DNA of 64,000 nucleotides from contig DATNBM010000093.1 in the NCBI GenBank assembly GCA_035571915.1, positions 24,237 through 88,236 of the forward strand. The letters are read 5' to 3'. Below the pieces are notes generated by a model that was not told the DNA's origin, did no database searches, and saw only the letters and a list, made by a program, of their open reading frames with translations. Of the stretch, positions 1 to 8,923 are shown piece by piece. Origin of the DNA: Solirubrobacteraceae bacterium (GTDB lineage: Bacteria > Actinomycetota > Thermoleophilia > Solirubrobacterales > Solirubrobacteraceae). The stretch's first letter is position 1. Each line of letters starts with the position of its first letter. Both the position numbers and the translations under genes were made by a program.

Positions 1-209
1 ACCGCCGACTCGACCGTCAGCGCCGAGATCGCGTCGTTCAGCTCGCTCGGCTCCTCGCCCTTCGCGAGGACCGCCTGTGCGAGTCCCGTTTCGTCGCGCA
101 GGATCACGAACTGGACGCGCTTCTGGTCGCGGATCGCGTTGACCCAGCCCCGCACCGTCACCTGCTCGCCCAGCTTCCCGGGCAGCTCGCCGATCATCGT
201 TCGCTCCAT
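1..209 (-). CDS. aspS: Aspartate--tRNA(Asp/Asn) ligase, archaeal/non-discriminating type, N-terminal OB fold (truncated at window edge)
   Basis: Hand translation MERTMIGELPGKLGEQVTVRGWVNAIRDQKRVQFVILRDETGLAQAV matches the class IIb anticodon-binding GW..RD..FxxLRD motif. TAGGGT lies 7 nt upstream (leaderless-like). AsnRS is not excluded. Confidence 0.75.
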   Translation of the reverse strand, partial: MERTMIGELPGKLGEQVTVRGWVNAIRDQKRVQFVILRDETGLAQAVLAKGEEPSELNDAISALTVESA

Positions 210-238
210 GGCGGGCACCCTATCCAAGTACGTCCGCG

Positions 239-2818
239 CTACTCCTCGGCGAACTCGACCTCGACGGCGAGCTCCTCGCCGGGCTCGGTCTGAAGGACCT
301 CGACCGCACCCGCCTGGCGGAGGTCCCCGGCGCCGAGCTCCAGAGCGGCGAGGCGCTCCTCGGTGTCGCGCACGATCAGGCGCGCGACGGCGGCCCGCAT
401 CGGCCGCTGAGCTTGGGACTTGGCCTTGCGGACCTCGGCGAGCGCCGCCGCGGTCACCTCCAGCGCGAGCTCCTCGCGATCGGGCTCTGCGCTGAGCGCC
501 TCCGCCGCCAGCTCGGCCGCCTCGGGCCAGCGGGCGCGGTGGACCGAGCCCTCCTGCCACCACGACCAGACCTCCTCGCAGACGAACGGGAGGAACGGGG
601 CGAGCAGCCGCTGGAAGACCGACAGCGAGACGCGCAGGGCGCGGCTGACGGGACCCGACACCTCGGGCGAGGGGTCGTAGCGGCGGCCCTTGACGAGCTC
701 GACGTAGTTGTCGCAGTACCACCAGAAGCTCTCCTCGGTGCGCTGCAGGGCGCGCGCGTAGTCGTAGCCCTCGAAGCTCGCCTCGGCCTCGGCGGCGAGC
801 GCGGCCAGGCGCGCGATCATCGCCCGGTCGAGCGGATGGGCGAGCTCCTCCGCCTGCGGCGGCAGATCCGCGAGCGCGAACTTCGATGCGTTCAGGAGCT
901 TGACGGCGAGCTTGCGGCCGACCTTCATCTGCTGGGCCTCGAAGGCGGTGTCGGTGCCGGGGCGGCCGCTCGCCGCCCAGTAGCGCACCGCGTCGGCGCC
1001 GTGCTCCTCGAGCAGGTGCATCGGCGTCACCACGTTGCCCTTCGACTTCGACATCTTCTTGCGGTCGGGGTCGAGCACCCACCCGGAGATCGCGGCGTTC
1101 CCCCACGGCAGCTCGCCCTCGTCGAGCTCCGAGCGCAGCACTGTCGTGAACAGCCAGGTGCGGATGATGTCGTGGGCCTGGGGGCGAACGTCCATCGGGA
1201 AGACCTTCGCGAACAGCTCCTCGTCGACGCCCGCCTGCCCGGCGATCTGCGGCGTCAGCGAGGAGGTCGCCCACGTGTCCATCACGTCGGGGTCCCCGGC
1301 GAAGCCTCCGGGCTGCCCGCGCTGCTCGGCGCCGTAGCCCTCGGGGACGTCTGTCGAGGGGTCGACCGGAAGCTGGGAGTCGCTCGCGACGATCGGCTCC
1401 GAGTGGATCACGTTGCCGTCCCCGTCGATCGGATACCAGACGGGGAACGGCACCCCGAAGAAGCGCTGGCGGCTCACGCACCAGTCGCCGTTCAGCCCGT
1501 TCACCCAGTCTTCGTAGCGGGCCCGCATGTAGGGCGGATGCCAACGCAGCTCGCGGCCGGCGTCCAGCAGCAGCTGCTGCTGGGAGATCGTGCGGATGAA
1601 CCACTGCCGGCTGGTGATGATCTCGACCGGCCGGTCACCCTTCTCGTAGAACTTGACGGCCCGGTTGACCGGCTCGGGCTCGCCGATCAGATCGCCCGAC
1701 TCCGCCAGCAGCTCGACGATCCGCCGGCGCGCCTGGTTGATCGAGCGGCCGGCCAGCTCCCCGTAGCTCGCCCTGGCCCGCTCGAGGTCCGCCGACTCCC
1801 AGCCGGCCGAGCCCCACGGAACCTCGGCGAGGCGCCCGTCGGGGGCCAGCACCGAGCGGACCGGGAGGCTCAGCTCGCGCCACCACGTCACGTCCGTAAG
1901 GTCGCCGAAGGTGCAGACCATCACGAGGCCCGTGCCCTTCTCCCGCTCGACCAGCGGGTGGCTGAGCACCGGCACGGTCGTGCCGAACAGCGGCGTGCGC
2001 GCCTCGCCGCCGACGAGCCCGGCGTGACGCTCGTCGTCGGGGTGGGCGAGCAGCGCGACGCAGGCGGGGATCAGCTCCGGCCGGGTCGTCTCGATCAGCG
2101 CCTCGCCGCCGTCCCGCGCGCTCGTGAAGCGGACCTTGTGCATCGCCCCGGGCCGCTCGCGGTCCTCGAGCTCGGCCTGGGCGACCGCGGTCTGGAAGTC
2201 CACGTCCCACAGCGTCGGCGCCTCCAGCTGGTAGGCCGCGCCCCGCGCCAGCAGGCCGAGGAAGGAGCGCTGGGAGATCTTCTGCGCGATCGGGCCGATC
2301 GTCGTGTAGGTCATCGACCAGTCGACCGACAGGCCGAGCGTCCGCCAGAGGTCTTCGAAGGCCCGCTCGTCGCTCTCGGTCAGGCGCAGGCAGAGCTCCA
2401 CGAAGTTGGGGCGCGAGATCGACACCGGCTCCTTCTCCGACGGCTGCTCCGGCGGCTCGAAGCTCGGGTCGAATGGGACCGAGGGATCGCAGCGGACGCC
2501 GTAGTGGTTCTGCACCCGGCGCTCGGTCGGCAGGCCGTTGTCGTCCCAGCCCATCGGGTAGAAGACCTCGCGGCCCTTCATGCGCATGTAGCGGGCGACC
2601 GCGTCGGTGTGCGTGTAGGAGAAGACGTGGCCGACGTGCAGGGAGCCGCTGACCGTCGGCGGGGGCGTGTCGATCGAGAAGATCCGCTCGCGCGGCGCCG
2701 AGCGGTCGAAGGAGTAAGTGCCGTCGCGCTCCCACGCCGCGCTCCACTTCTGCTCGAGCCCCTCGAGCGAGGGGCGCTCGGGGACGCCGTCGGGCCGGGG
2801 TGTGCTCGCGGAGGACAA
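239..2818 (-). CDS. valS: Valine--tRNA ligase
   Basis: DTPPPTVSGSLHVGH and KMSKS motifs. Start (TTG, 6 nt after TACGAT) is inferred. Confidence 0.95.
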   Translation of the reverse strand: MSSASTPRPDGVPERPSLEGLEQKWSAAWERDGTYSFDRSAPRERIFSIDTPPPTVSGSLHVGHVFSYTHTDAVARYMRMKGREVFYPMGWDDNGLPTERRVQNHYGVRCDPSVPFDPSFEPPEQPSEKEPVSISRPNFVELCLRLTESDERAFEDLWRTLGLSVDWSMTYTTIGPIAQKISQRSFLGLLARGAAYQLEAPTLWDVDFQTAVAQAELEDRERPGAMHKVRFTSARDGGEALIETTRPELIPACVALLAHPDDERHAGLVGGEARTPLFGTTVPVLSHPLVEREKGTGLVMVCTFGDLTDVTWWRELSLPVRSVLAPDGRLAEVPWGSAGWESADLERARASYGELAGRSINQARRRIVELLAESGDLIGEPEPVNRAVKFYEKGDRPVEIITSRQWFIRTISQQQLLLDAGRELRWHPPYMRARYEDWVNGLNGDWCVSRQRFFGVPFPVWYPIDGDGNVIHSEPIVASDSQLPVDPSTDVPEGYGAEQRGQPGGFAGDPDVMDTWATSSLTPQIAGQAGVDEELFAKVFPMDVRPQAHDIIRTWLFTTVLRSELDEGELPWGNAAISGWVLDPDRKKMSKSKGNVVTPMHLLEEHGADAVRYWAASGRPGTDTAFEAQQMKVGRKLAVKLLNASKFALADLPPQAEELAHPLDRAMIARLAALAAEAEASFEGYDYARALQRTEESFWWYCDNYVELVKGRRYDPSPEVSGPVSRALRVSLSVFQRLLAPFLPFVCEEVWSWWQEGSVHRARWPEAAELAAEALSAEPDREELALEVTAAALAEVRKAKSQAQRPMRAAVARLIVRDTEERLAALELGAGDLRQAGAVEVLQTEPGEELAVEVEFAEE

Positions 2819-2936
2819 GGCCGGATCGTATCCGCAGCGCCCGCGCGCGCCCGCTTCGCGCGGGCGCCGAGCGATCGGCCTGTGCACGCGCGTCCGGCCC
2901 GCCGACTCCGGAAAGGAGATTTTCTTCCCGAAGATG

Positions 2937-2966
2937 TTGCAATTGTCTCATTCGCGGATGTAGGAT
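2937..2966 (+). promoter_or_regulatory. Probable sigma-70 promoter of the oxidase operon
   Basis: TTGCAA-N18-TAGGAT upstream of a GGAGAGG RBS and GTG at 3027. Confidence 0.45.
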
Positions 2967-3026
2967 CGGCTCGTCTGGGAGGACACGACCTTGGAGGGGT
3001 CGGATGTGCGCAGGGAGAGGTTTGTC

Positions 3027-3710
3027 GTGAGCGCCACCGGCCGCAAGCTCGCGGCGGTGATCCTCGCCGTTGTCGCGCTCGGCGCGCTGATCGGCCTCTA
3101 CGTCTCCAGCTGGGCGACGGCGGTCCCGAAGACGATCCCCGGCACGCCGTCCGGCTCCTCGGCGGGCGCGCCGACTACGAGCCTGGTGCTGCAGACCGAC
3201 GCCGCGGTCGGCCCGCAGGAGAGCCCGACTCACCCCGATTGGGTCTCCTACCTCGTCAAGCAGAACGGCCGCTGGGTTCGGAGCACGATCTTCAAGGTCC
3301 CGGCGAACTCGGTCGTGCACGTCACCGTCTACCAGTTCGACGGCGACTCGGGCCTGCGCAACGCGTTCCTCTCGGCGGTGCAGGGGACCGGAGGCGGGGT
3401 CGAGACGGTCGACGGGAAGGCCGTCACCCACATCGACCCCGAAGAAGCCTCCCACACGTTCGTGGTCCCGCAGATGGGCGTGTTCGTGCCACTGCCCGGC
3501 GTCGAAGACGAAGCCAAGAACCAGTGCGAATACGGGCCGTGCGACCCGGCGACGATGGCGCACCGCACGATCGAATTCACCTTCCGTACCGGCAAGAAGG
3601 GTCGCTACCGCTGGCAGTGCTTCGTGCCGTGCGCGGCCGGCACCTACTTCGGCTTCGGCGGCCCGATGCAGACCCTCGGCTACATGGACGGGTACATCGA
3701 TGTCGTCTAG
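3027..3710 (+). CDS. Membrane-anchored cupredoxin-fold protein (oxidase-associated)
   Basis: N-terminal TM, VPANSVVHVTV strand, SHTF His, and C-terminal GRYRWQCFVPC...PM...YMDGYIDV resembling a cupredoxin ligand loop. Overlaps coxB start. Confidence 0.65.
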   Translation: MSATGRKLAAVILAVVALGALIGLYVSSWATAVPKTIPGTPSGSSAGAPTTSLVLQTDAAVGPQESPTHPDWVSYLVKQNGRWVRSTIFKVPANSVVHVTVYQFDGDSGLRNAFLSAVQGTGGGVETVDGKAVTHIDPEEASHTFVVPQMGVFVPLPGVEDEAKNQCEYGPCDPATMAHRTIEFTFRTGKKGRYRWQCFVPCAAGTYFGFGGPMQTLGYMDGYIDVV

Positions 3711-4578
3711 TGGCACACCGGCCGGCGGCGACGCCGTGCCCGGACCGAGCGGCGAGCCCAACCACCTGCGGCGCTTCCTGGCGATCTGGATCGGCTGCTC
3801 CGTGATCGCCACGCCGCTCGTGGCGATCCTGCTCGGCCCGCTGCTGCCGCCCGGGAACGGCAGCGACGCGGCCTCCGGGCAGGTCACCGACAACACGGTC
3901 CTGCTGTCGATGGCGACGCCGGTCCTGCTGCTCGTCGTCGTCTACCTGGTCTACGCGCTGCTCGCGTTCCGCCAGCCGCGGGGCGCGGCGCTCGAAGGGC
4001 CCGCCGTGAGAGGCCACCAGAGCCTGCAGACGCTGTGGATCGTCGTCTCGGGCGTGCTCGTGCTGACGCTCGCCGCCTACGGGACGGTGCGACTGGAGAC
4101 GGGCTACGGCGCGGGCTCGGGCAACGGGCCGAAACCGCTCACCGCGCCGAAGGGCGAAAAGCTCCCCGTTCAGGTGATCGCGCAGCAGTGGGCGTTCACC
4201 TACCGCTACCCGACCTACGGCGGCGTCGAGACGACCCACCTGGAGCTCCCCGTCGGCAAGACGGTCGAACTGCACGTCACCTCGCTCGACGTGATCCACT
4301 CCTTCTGGGCCTACCAGCTCGGCGTCAAGGCCGACGCCAACCCGGGCGTCGACAACGTCGCCTTCGTCAAACCGACGAAGATCGAGACGTTCGAAGTCCA
4401 CTGCGCCGAGCTGTGCGGGATCTGGCACGGCGGCATGTTCGACCACGGCCACGTGGTCAGCGACACGGACTTCGAAAGCTGGATCGCCGAACAGCAGGCA
4501 CGATTCGCCGCGACGACGAAGGCGCTTCCGAAGTACTCCACGACATACACCCCCGAACCGCTGGAGCGAGGCGAATGA
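3700..4578 (+). CDS. coxB: Cytochrome c oxidase subunit II (CuA)
   Basis: QQWAF, DVIHSFW and CAELCGIWHGGM CuA motif; three TM segments. Confidence 0.95.
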   Translation: MSSSGTPAGGDAVPGPSGEPNHLRRFLAIWIGCSVIATPLVAILLGPLLPPGNGSDAASGQVTDNTVLLSMATPVLLLVVVYLVYALLAFRQPRGAALEGPAVRGHQSLQTLWIVVSGVLVLTLAAYGTVRLETGYGAGSGNGPKPLTAPKGEKLPVQVIAQQWAFTYRYPTYGGVETTHLELPVGKTVELHVTSLDVIHSFWAYQLGVKADANPGVDNVAFVKPTKIETFEVHCAELCGIWHGGMFDHGHVVSDTDFESWIAEQQARFAATTKALPKYSTTYTPEPLERGE

Positions 4579-6488
4579 GCGCCACAACGGCAGACGCGGC
4601 GTCCCGTCCCGCCCAGGAGAAGCCCCTGTGGCGGCGGCTGATCGGATTCAACCTCCTGACCGCCGTGATCCTCGGCGTCGGGGGCTACTACCTCGGCTGG
4701 TGGATCGGCCACCTCGTGACCGAAGGGAAAAGCTTCGAATACACCGCCGCCACCGACGAGAACGACGTCGCCCTGCTGCTCGCCTACTTCTTCGGCGTGA
4801 TCGGATTCCTGATCGGGCTCGGCTTCGCGAACTACCCGATCTCGAGGCTGCTCGGCAAGCCCGCGTCGCTGCGCGAGAAAGAGGAGCACGGCATCGGCCG
4901 CTACTTCGGCCTCTGCACGGATCACAAGGTCGTAGGGATCCAATACCTCTGCGGGATCGGCCTGTTCTTCTTCATCGGCGGCCTCAACGCGATGCTGATT
5001 CGGACCGAGCTGCTGCACAGCCAGCCGACCTTCACCGGCCCCAACCAGTACCTCTCACTCGTCGGGATGCACGGCACGATGATGATGGGGATGATGACCT
5101 CGGGGATCCTGGGGCCGTTCGCGAACTACTTCGTCCCGATCATGATCGGCGCCCGGCGGATGGCGTTCCCGCGGATCGAGGCGCTGACGTTCTGGCTGCT
5201 GATGGCGGCCGGCTTCATCCTCACCTCGACGATCTTCTTCGGCGGCTTCCCGACCGGTTGGACGGGCTACGAGCCGCTCAACGACCAGGCGGTGATGGGG
5301 ATGGACTCCTACATCTGCTTCTTCGCCCTGGTCGGCATCTCGATGTGCCTGCTCGGCCTGAACATGATGGCGACGATCATCACGATGCGCGCGCCAGGCC
5401 TGACCTGGTCGCGCCTGCCGATCTTCGTCTGGTCGGTGTTCGCGACCTCCGTGCTGATGGTGCTGGCCGCGCCGATGCTCGTCGCGACGCTGCTGATGGC
5501 GGCCTTCGACCGCACGATCGACACCTCGTTCTTCCTGCCGGCCGGCGGCGGCAGCTCCTACCTGTTCGAGAACCTGTTCTGGTTCTTCGGCCACCCCGAG
5601 GTGTACATCCTCGCCCTGCCCGGCTTCGGCATCGTGCTCGAGCTGCTGCCCGTCTTCACCCGCAAGCCGCTGTGGGGCTACCGCCTCGCGATCTCGGGCA
5701 TGCTCGGGGTCAGCCTGCTGAGCTTCTTCGTCTGGCAGCACCACCTGTTCGTGAGCGGGATCAACGCCGACCTGCGGCCCTTCTACATGCTCTCGACGGA
5801 GATCATCTCGCTGCCGACCGGCTTCATCTTCCTGTGCGTGATGGGCACCCTCTGGAAGGCCCGAACGTCGTTCACCGTGCCGATGCTGTTCTGCATCGGC
5901 TGGGTCTTCAACTTCCTGATCGGCGGACTGTCGGGGGTGTTCCTCTCCGACACCCCGAGTGACACGACCACGCACGGCAGCTTCTTCGTGATGGCCCACT
6001 TCCACTACACGATCATGGGCGGGCTGATCTTCGCCTTCTTCGCCGCGATCTACTACTGGGTCCCGAAGATGCTCGGGGTGAACTTCAACGAGAAACTCGC
6101 CAAGGCTCACTTCTGGCTGATGTTCGTCGCCTTCAACTCGACCTTCATGCCGCTGTTCGTGCTCGGCATGGAGGGCCAGGCGAGGAGGGTTAACTTCTAC
6201 GAACCGAAGTTCCACACGCTGAACGTATGGGTCTCGATCTCGGCGTTCGTGCTCGGCTTCTCGATGCTGATCTTCCTCTACAACACCGTCTACTCGCTGA
6301 TCTTCAAGCGCGAGGTGGCGCTGCAGAACCCGTGGCGCTCGAAGTCGATGGAGTGGCAGGTGGCGACGCCGGTGCCGGTCAACAACTTCGAGCAGATACC
6401 GGTCTTCGACTCCGACCCCTACGACTACGGGACGCCGCTGGTGATCGGCGACACGCGTGTCGGCGGGGCACAGGTCCAGGGAGGCTGA
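4575..6488 (+). CDS. coxA: Heme-copper oxidase subunit I, A-family-like, with 2 extra N-terminal TMs
   Basis: GHPEVY, WQHH, AHFHY ligands; ATG overlaps coxB stop. Confidence 0.95.
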   Translation: MSATTADAASRPAQEKPLWRRLIGFNLLTAVILGVGGYYLGWWIGHLVTEGKSFEYTAATDENDVALLLAYFFGVIGFLIGLGFANYPISRLLGKPASLREKEEHGIGRYFGLCTDHKVVGIQYLCGIGLFFFIGGLNAMLIRTELLHSQPTFTGPNQYLSLVGMHGTMMMGMMTSGILGPFANYFVPIMIGARRMAFPRIEALTFWLLMAAGFILTSTIFFGGFPTGWTGYEPLNDQAVMGMDSYICFFALVGISMCLLGLNMMATIITMRAPGLTWSRLPIFVWSVFATSVLMVLAAPMLVATLLMAAFDRTIDTSFFLPAGGGSSYLFENLFWFFGHPEVYILALPGFGIVLELLPVFTRKPLWGYRLAISGMLGVSLLSFFVWQHHLFVSGINADLRPFYMLSTEIISLPTGFIFLCVMGTLWKARTSFTVPMLFCIGWVFNFLIGGLSGVFLSDTPSDTTTHGSFFVMAHFHYTIMGGLIFAFFAAIYYWVPKMLGVNFNEKLAKAHFWLMFVAFNSTFMPLFVLGMEGQARRVNFYEPKFHTLNVWVSISAFVLGFSMLIFLYNTVYSLIFKREVALQNPWRSKSMEWQVATPVPVNNFEQIPVFDSDPYDYGTPLVIGDTRVGGAQVQGG

Positions 6489-6491
6489 GCG

Positions 6492-7157
6492 ATGGCGCTG
6501 CCGCACGAAGAGAAGCCGCTCGGCCTGCAGATCCCGCCTGTCGCCCCCGGCGTCGAGATCCCGCCCGAGCCGCCAGACGTCGGGGCGCGGGCGCTGTCGG
6601 TCGCCTCGCGCCTGCTGGCCGGCGCGACGACGTTCTTCTTCCTCGCCTTCCTGTTCGCGTACTTCTACCTGCGCTCGATCAACGTTCACCACATGTGGAA
6701 ACCGGCCGGCGTGAAGCCCGACCAGGGCCTCGGCGCGGCGTTCGTGGTGTGCCTGATCCTGAGCGCGCTGCTCGCGGTGCTCGCCGGCCGCGGCATGAAG
6801 GCCCGGGCGGCGGGGTGGCTCAGGCCCGCGATCGCGAGCGTCGGCTTCGGGCTCGCGGCGGTCGCGTTGCAGTGCGTCGAGTACACGAGCCAGAAGTTCG
6901 GGCCCACGAACGGCGCCTACGCGAGCGTCTTCTGCACGTGGACGGCGATGTTCCTGATCGCGGCGCTGTGCGCGATCTACTGGCTCGAGACGCAGGCGGC
7001 GACGGAGCTGCGAGCGAGCCGGGCGCCGGCCGGGACGGAAGGCGACATCGCCGAACCTGACCGCCTGATCGCGCCGGGCCTGGACGCGGCGGTCTTCTAC
7101 TGGAGCTACCTCGCGGCGATCGGCGTGATCACCTACGTGGTGCTCTACCTGCTGTAG
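6492..7157 (+). CDS. coxC: Cytochrome c oxidase subunit III (short form)
   Basis: 5 TMs; FFF..F..YFYLR, GAYAS.F and FYW motifs; operon position. Confidence 0.8.
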   Translation: MALPHEEKPLGLQIPPVAPGVEIPPEPPDVGARALSVASRLLAGATTFFFLAFLFAYFYLRSINVHHMWKPAGVKPDQGLGAAFVVCLILSALLAVLAGRGMKARAAGWLRPAIASVGFGLAAVALQCVEYTSQKFGPTNGAYASVFCTWTAMFLIAALCAIYWLETQAATELRASRAPAGTEGDIAEPDRLIAPGLDAAVFYWSYLAAIGVITYVVLYLL

Positions 7158-8026
7158 TGCTCGCCGCCGCCACTCCCGGCTTCTGGGACTGGTCGCTGGA
7201 CCCGCCGCTGGTGCTCGCCGCGGACCTCGCGATCCTCTACTGGATCGGCGACCGGCGGACCGTCAGGCCACGCCGAACGGCGACGGCGCAGCGCTGGCGC
7301 GACGCCGCCTTCTACGCCTCGATGTTCACCCTGGCCGTCGCGCTGGCCTCGCCGATCGAGCCGCTCAGCGAGCAGCTGTTCTGGGTCCACATGGTCCAGC
7401 ACGTGCTGCTGATGCTCGTCGCGGCGCCGCTGCTGGTCGTCTCGCGGCCCTGGATCAGGCTGTGGCGCTCGCTGCCGCTGGGCGGGCGGCGGCGCCTCGC
7501 GCGGACGCTCGGCACCGACCCGCGCGCGGAGCCGCTGCGCGCCGCGACCCGCGTGCTCGGCTCGCCGGCCGTCTCGCTCGGGCTGTTCTCGGTCGCGCTG
7601 CTCGGCTGGCACGTTCCGGCGATGTTCGAGGCGACGCTCACCTCTGGGACCGTGCACGCGCTCGAGCACACGGCATTCTTCCTCGCCTCGGTCCTCCTGT
7701 TCAAGCAGGTGATCCCCTCGCCGCCGCTGCGGACGCGCCTCTCGGAGGTGCGACGGCTGCTCTACGTCGTCGCGGCGATGACGGTCAGCTGGATCCTCGC
7801 GGTCGTGCTCGCGCTCGCGCCGGAACCGCTCTACAGCCACTACGCAGAGCTCTCCTCACGGCCCTGGGGGATCTCAGCGCTCGGCGACCAGCAGCTCGCG
7901 GCGGGCGTGATGTGGGTTCCGGGATCCGTCACGTTCGTCGTCATCATCTTCGTGTACATCCACCGCTGGCTCGCCCCGCAGACGTCCGCCGCAACGCGGA
8001 CGGCACGGCTCGCGAGCGGGCACTAG
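7157..8026 (+). CDS. ctaG: Cytochrome c oxidase assembly factor CtaG (caa3 type)
   Basis: HMVQHVLL..AAPLL, WH.P, H..EH and DQQLAA..MW motifs. Confidence 0.9.
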   Translation: MLAAATPGFWDWSLDPPLVLAADLAILYWIGDRRTVRPRRTATAQRWRDAAFYASMFTLAVALASPIEPLSEQLFWVHMVQHVLLMLVAAPLLVVSRPWIRLWRSLPLGGRRRLARTLGTDPRAEPLRAATRVLGSPAVSLGLFSVALLGWHVPAMFEATLTSGTVHALEHTAFFLASVLLFKQVIPSPPLRTRLSEVRRLLYVVAAMTVSWILAVVLALAPEPLYSHYAELSSRPWGISALGDQQLAAGVMWVPGSVTFVVIIFVYIHRWLAPQTSAATRTARLASGH

Positions 8027-8036
8027 GAGGTCTCAC

Positions 8037-8174
8037 ATGCCAGAGCTCGCAACCGCGATAGCGTCGAGCTTCCTGACCGGCTCGATCCTGACGCTCGCGC
8101 TGCCGCTGGGCGTCCTGATCCTCGTCGTCATCTGGTACGCCGTGCTGTGGTCGCGCGGCATGGGCGAACGCTGA
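8037..8174 (+). CDS. 45-aa single-TM protein, possible small oxidase subunit (absent from ORF track)
   Basis: GGAGG RBS right after ctaG stop; MPELATAIASSFLTGSILTLALPLGVLILVVIWYAVLWSRGMGER; GC3-rich codons. Confidence 0.7.
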   Translation: MPELATAIASSFLTGSILTLALPLGVLILVVIWYAVLWSRGMGER

Positions 8175-8196
8175 ACCGCCCTCTTCGCCGGGTGGT

Positions 8197-8883
8197 TCAC
8201 CCCGCCGCGAGCTTGGGCGCGTCGTGGGCGATCTCCGAGGGCTGGAAGCTCGACGGGTAGACCGTCGTGAGCAGGCCCCTGCCGCTCACGCCGTAGACGA
8301 GCGCGTCGTGTGAGACGAGCTGCGGCTGACCCGCGTCGCGTTTGGATCCGACCTTCCACGCCGACCACGTGCGGGCCAGTTCGGAGGCGCTGCCGATCAG
8401 GTACTGCAGCCGTCCCGTCAGCCCGTGCTCGCGCACGAAGCGGGCGACCGCCGAGCGCGTGTCGCCGCGCGGGTCGACGGAGATCGCGATCAGCTGTGCG
8501 TCCTTCGCGCGGGACCCCATCATGTTCAACGCGGCGCGCAGGTTCGAGGCGATCAACGGGCAGACGTCGGGGCAGTTCGCGTAGAGGAACGTCACGAACA
8601 CCGCCTTGCCGCGGTACTGCGCGAGCGTGACGGGCCTGCCCAGGTAGTTGCGCAGGTCGATCGCGGGCGCCGCGGCGCGGGGCAGCGTGAGGGTCCCTTC
8701 GTAGCCGCGCCCGGATCCCGCTTCGCGCGCGCCCCCGGGGAGCGTCGAGGAGGACGATCCCGGGCCGATCAGCAGTGCGCTCACCGCCGCCGCGACACCG
8801 AGCAGCGCGAGCAGCGCCAGGGCGAGCGCCGGTCGGGAGACCGAGCGCGCGCCACCGACCTGGTTGCCGCCGTCCTCGCTCAT
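8197..8883 (-). CDS. sco: SCO1/SenC copper chaperone
   Basis: F.Y..CPDVCP, ISVDP..D and conserved His (VSHD); N-terminal anchor. Confidence 0.9.
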   Translation of the reverse strand: MSEDGGNQVGGARSVSRPALALALLALLGVAAAVSALLIGPGSSSSTLPGGAREAGSGRGYEGTLTLPRAAAPAIDLRNYLGRPVTLAQYRGKAVFVTFLYANCPDVCPLIASNLRAALNMMGSRAKDAQLIAISVDPRGDTRSAVARFVREHGLTGRLQYLIGSASELARTWSAWKVGSKRDAGQPQLVSHDALVYGVSGRGLLTTVYPSSFQPSEIAHDAPKLAAG

Positions 8884-8923
8884 AGCTCGCCCCCCGCCGG
8901 CGAGTCTACGCCCATCCGCCGCC

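Noticed and set aside
413-3805. 1130-aa plus-strand ORF and many other long Arg/Pro/Gly-rich ORFs in the track
   Set aside because: Antisense or off-frame shadows of real genes; stop codons are rare at this GC content and the translations have no motifs.
4035-4574. Long N-terminal extensions on coxA (also flhA, flhB, fliP, fliA, flgK)
   Set aside because: They overlap upstream genes or regulatory DNA; downstream starts coupled to the previous stop or an RBS fit better.
4575-6488. Nitric oxide reductase interpretation of the altered oxidase
   Set aside because: The active-site Tyr (HPEVY), CuA subunit II, subunit III, CtaG and SCO all support an O2 reductase.
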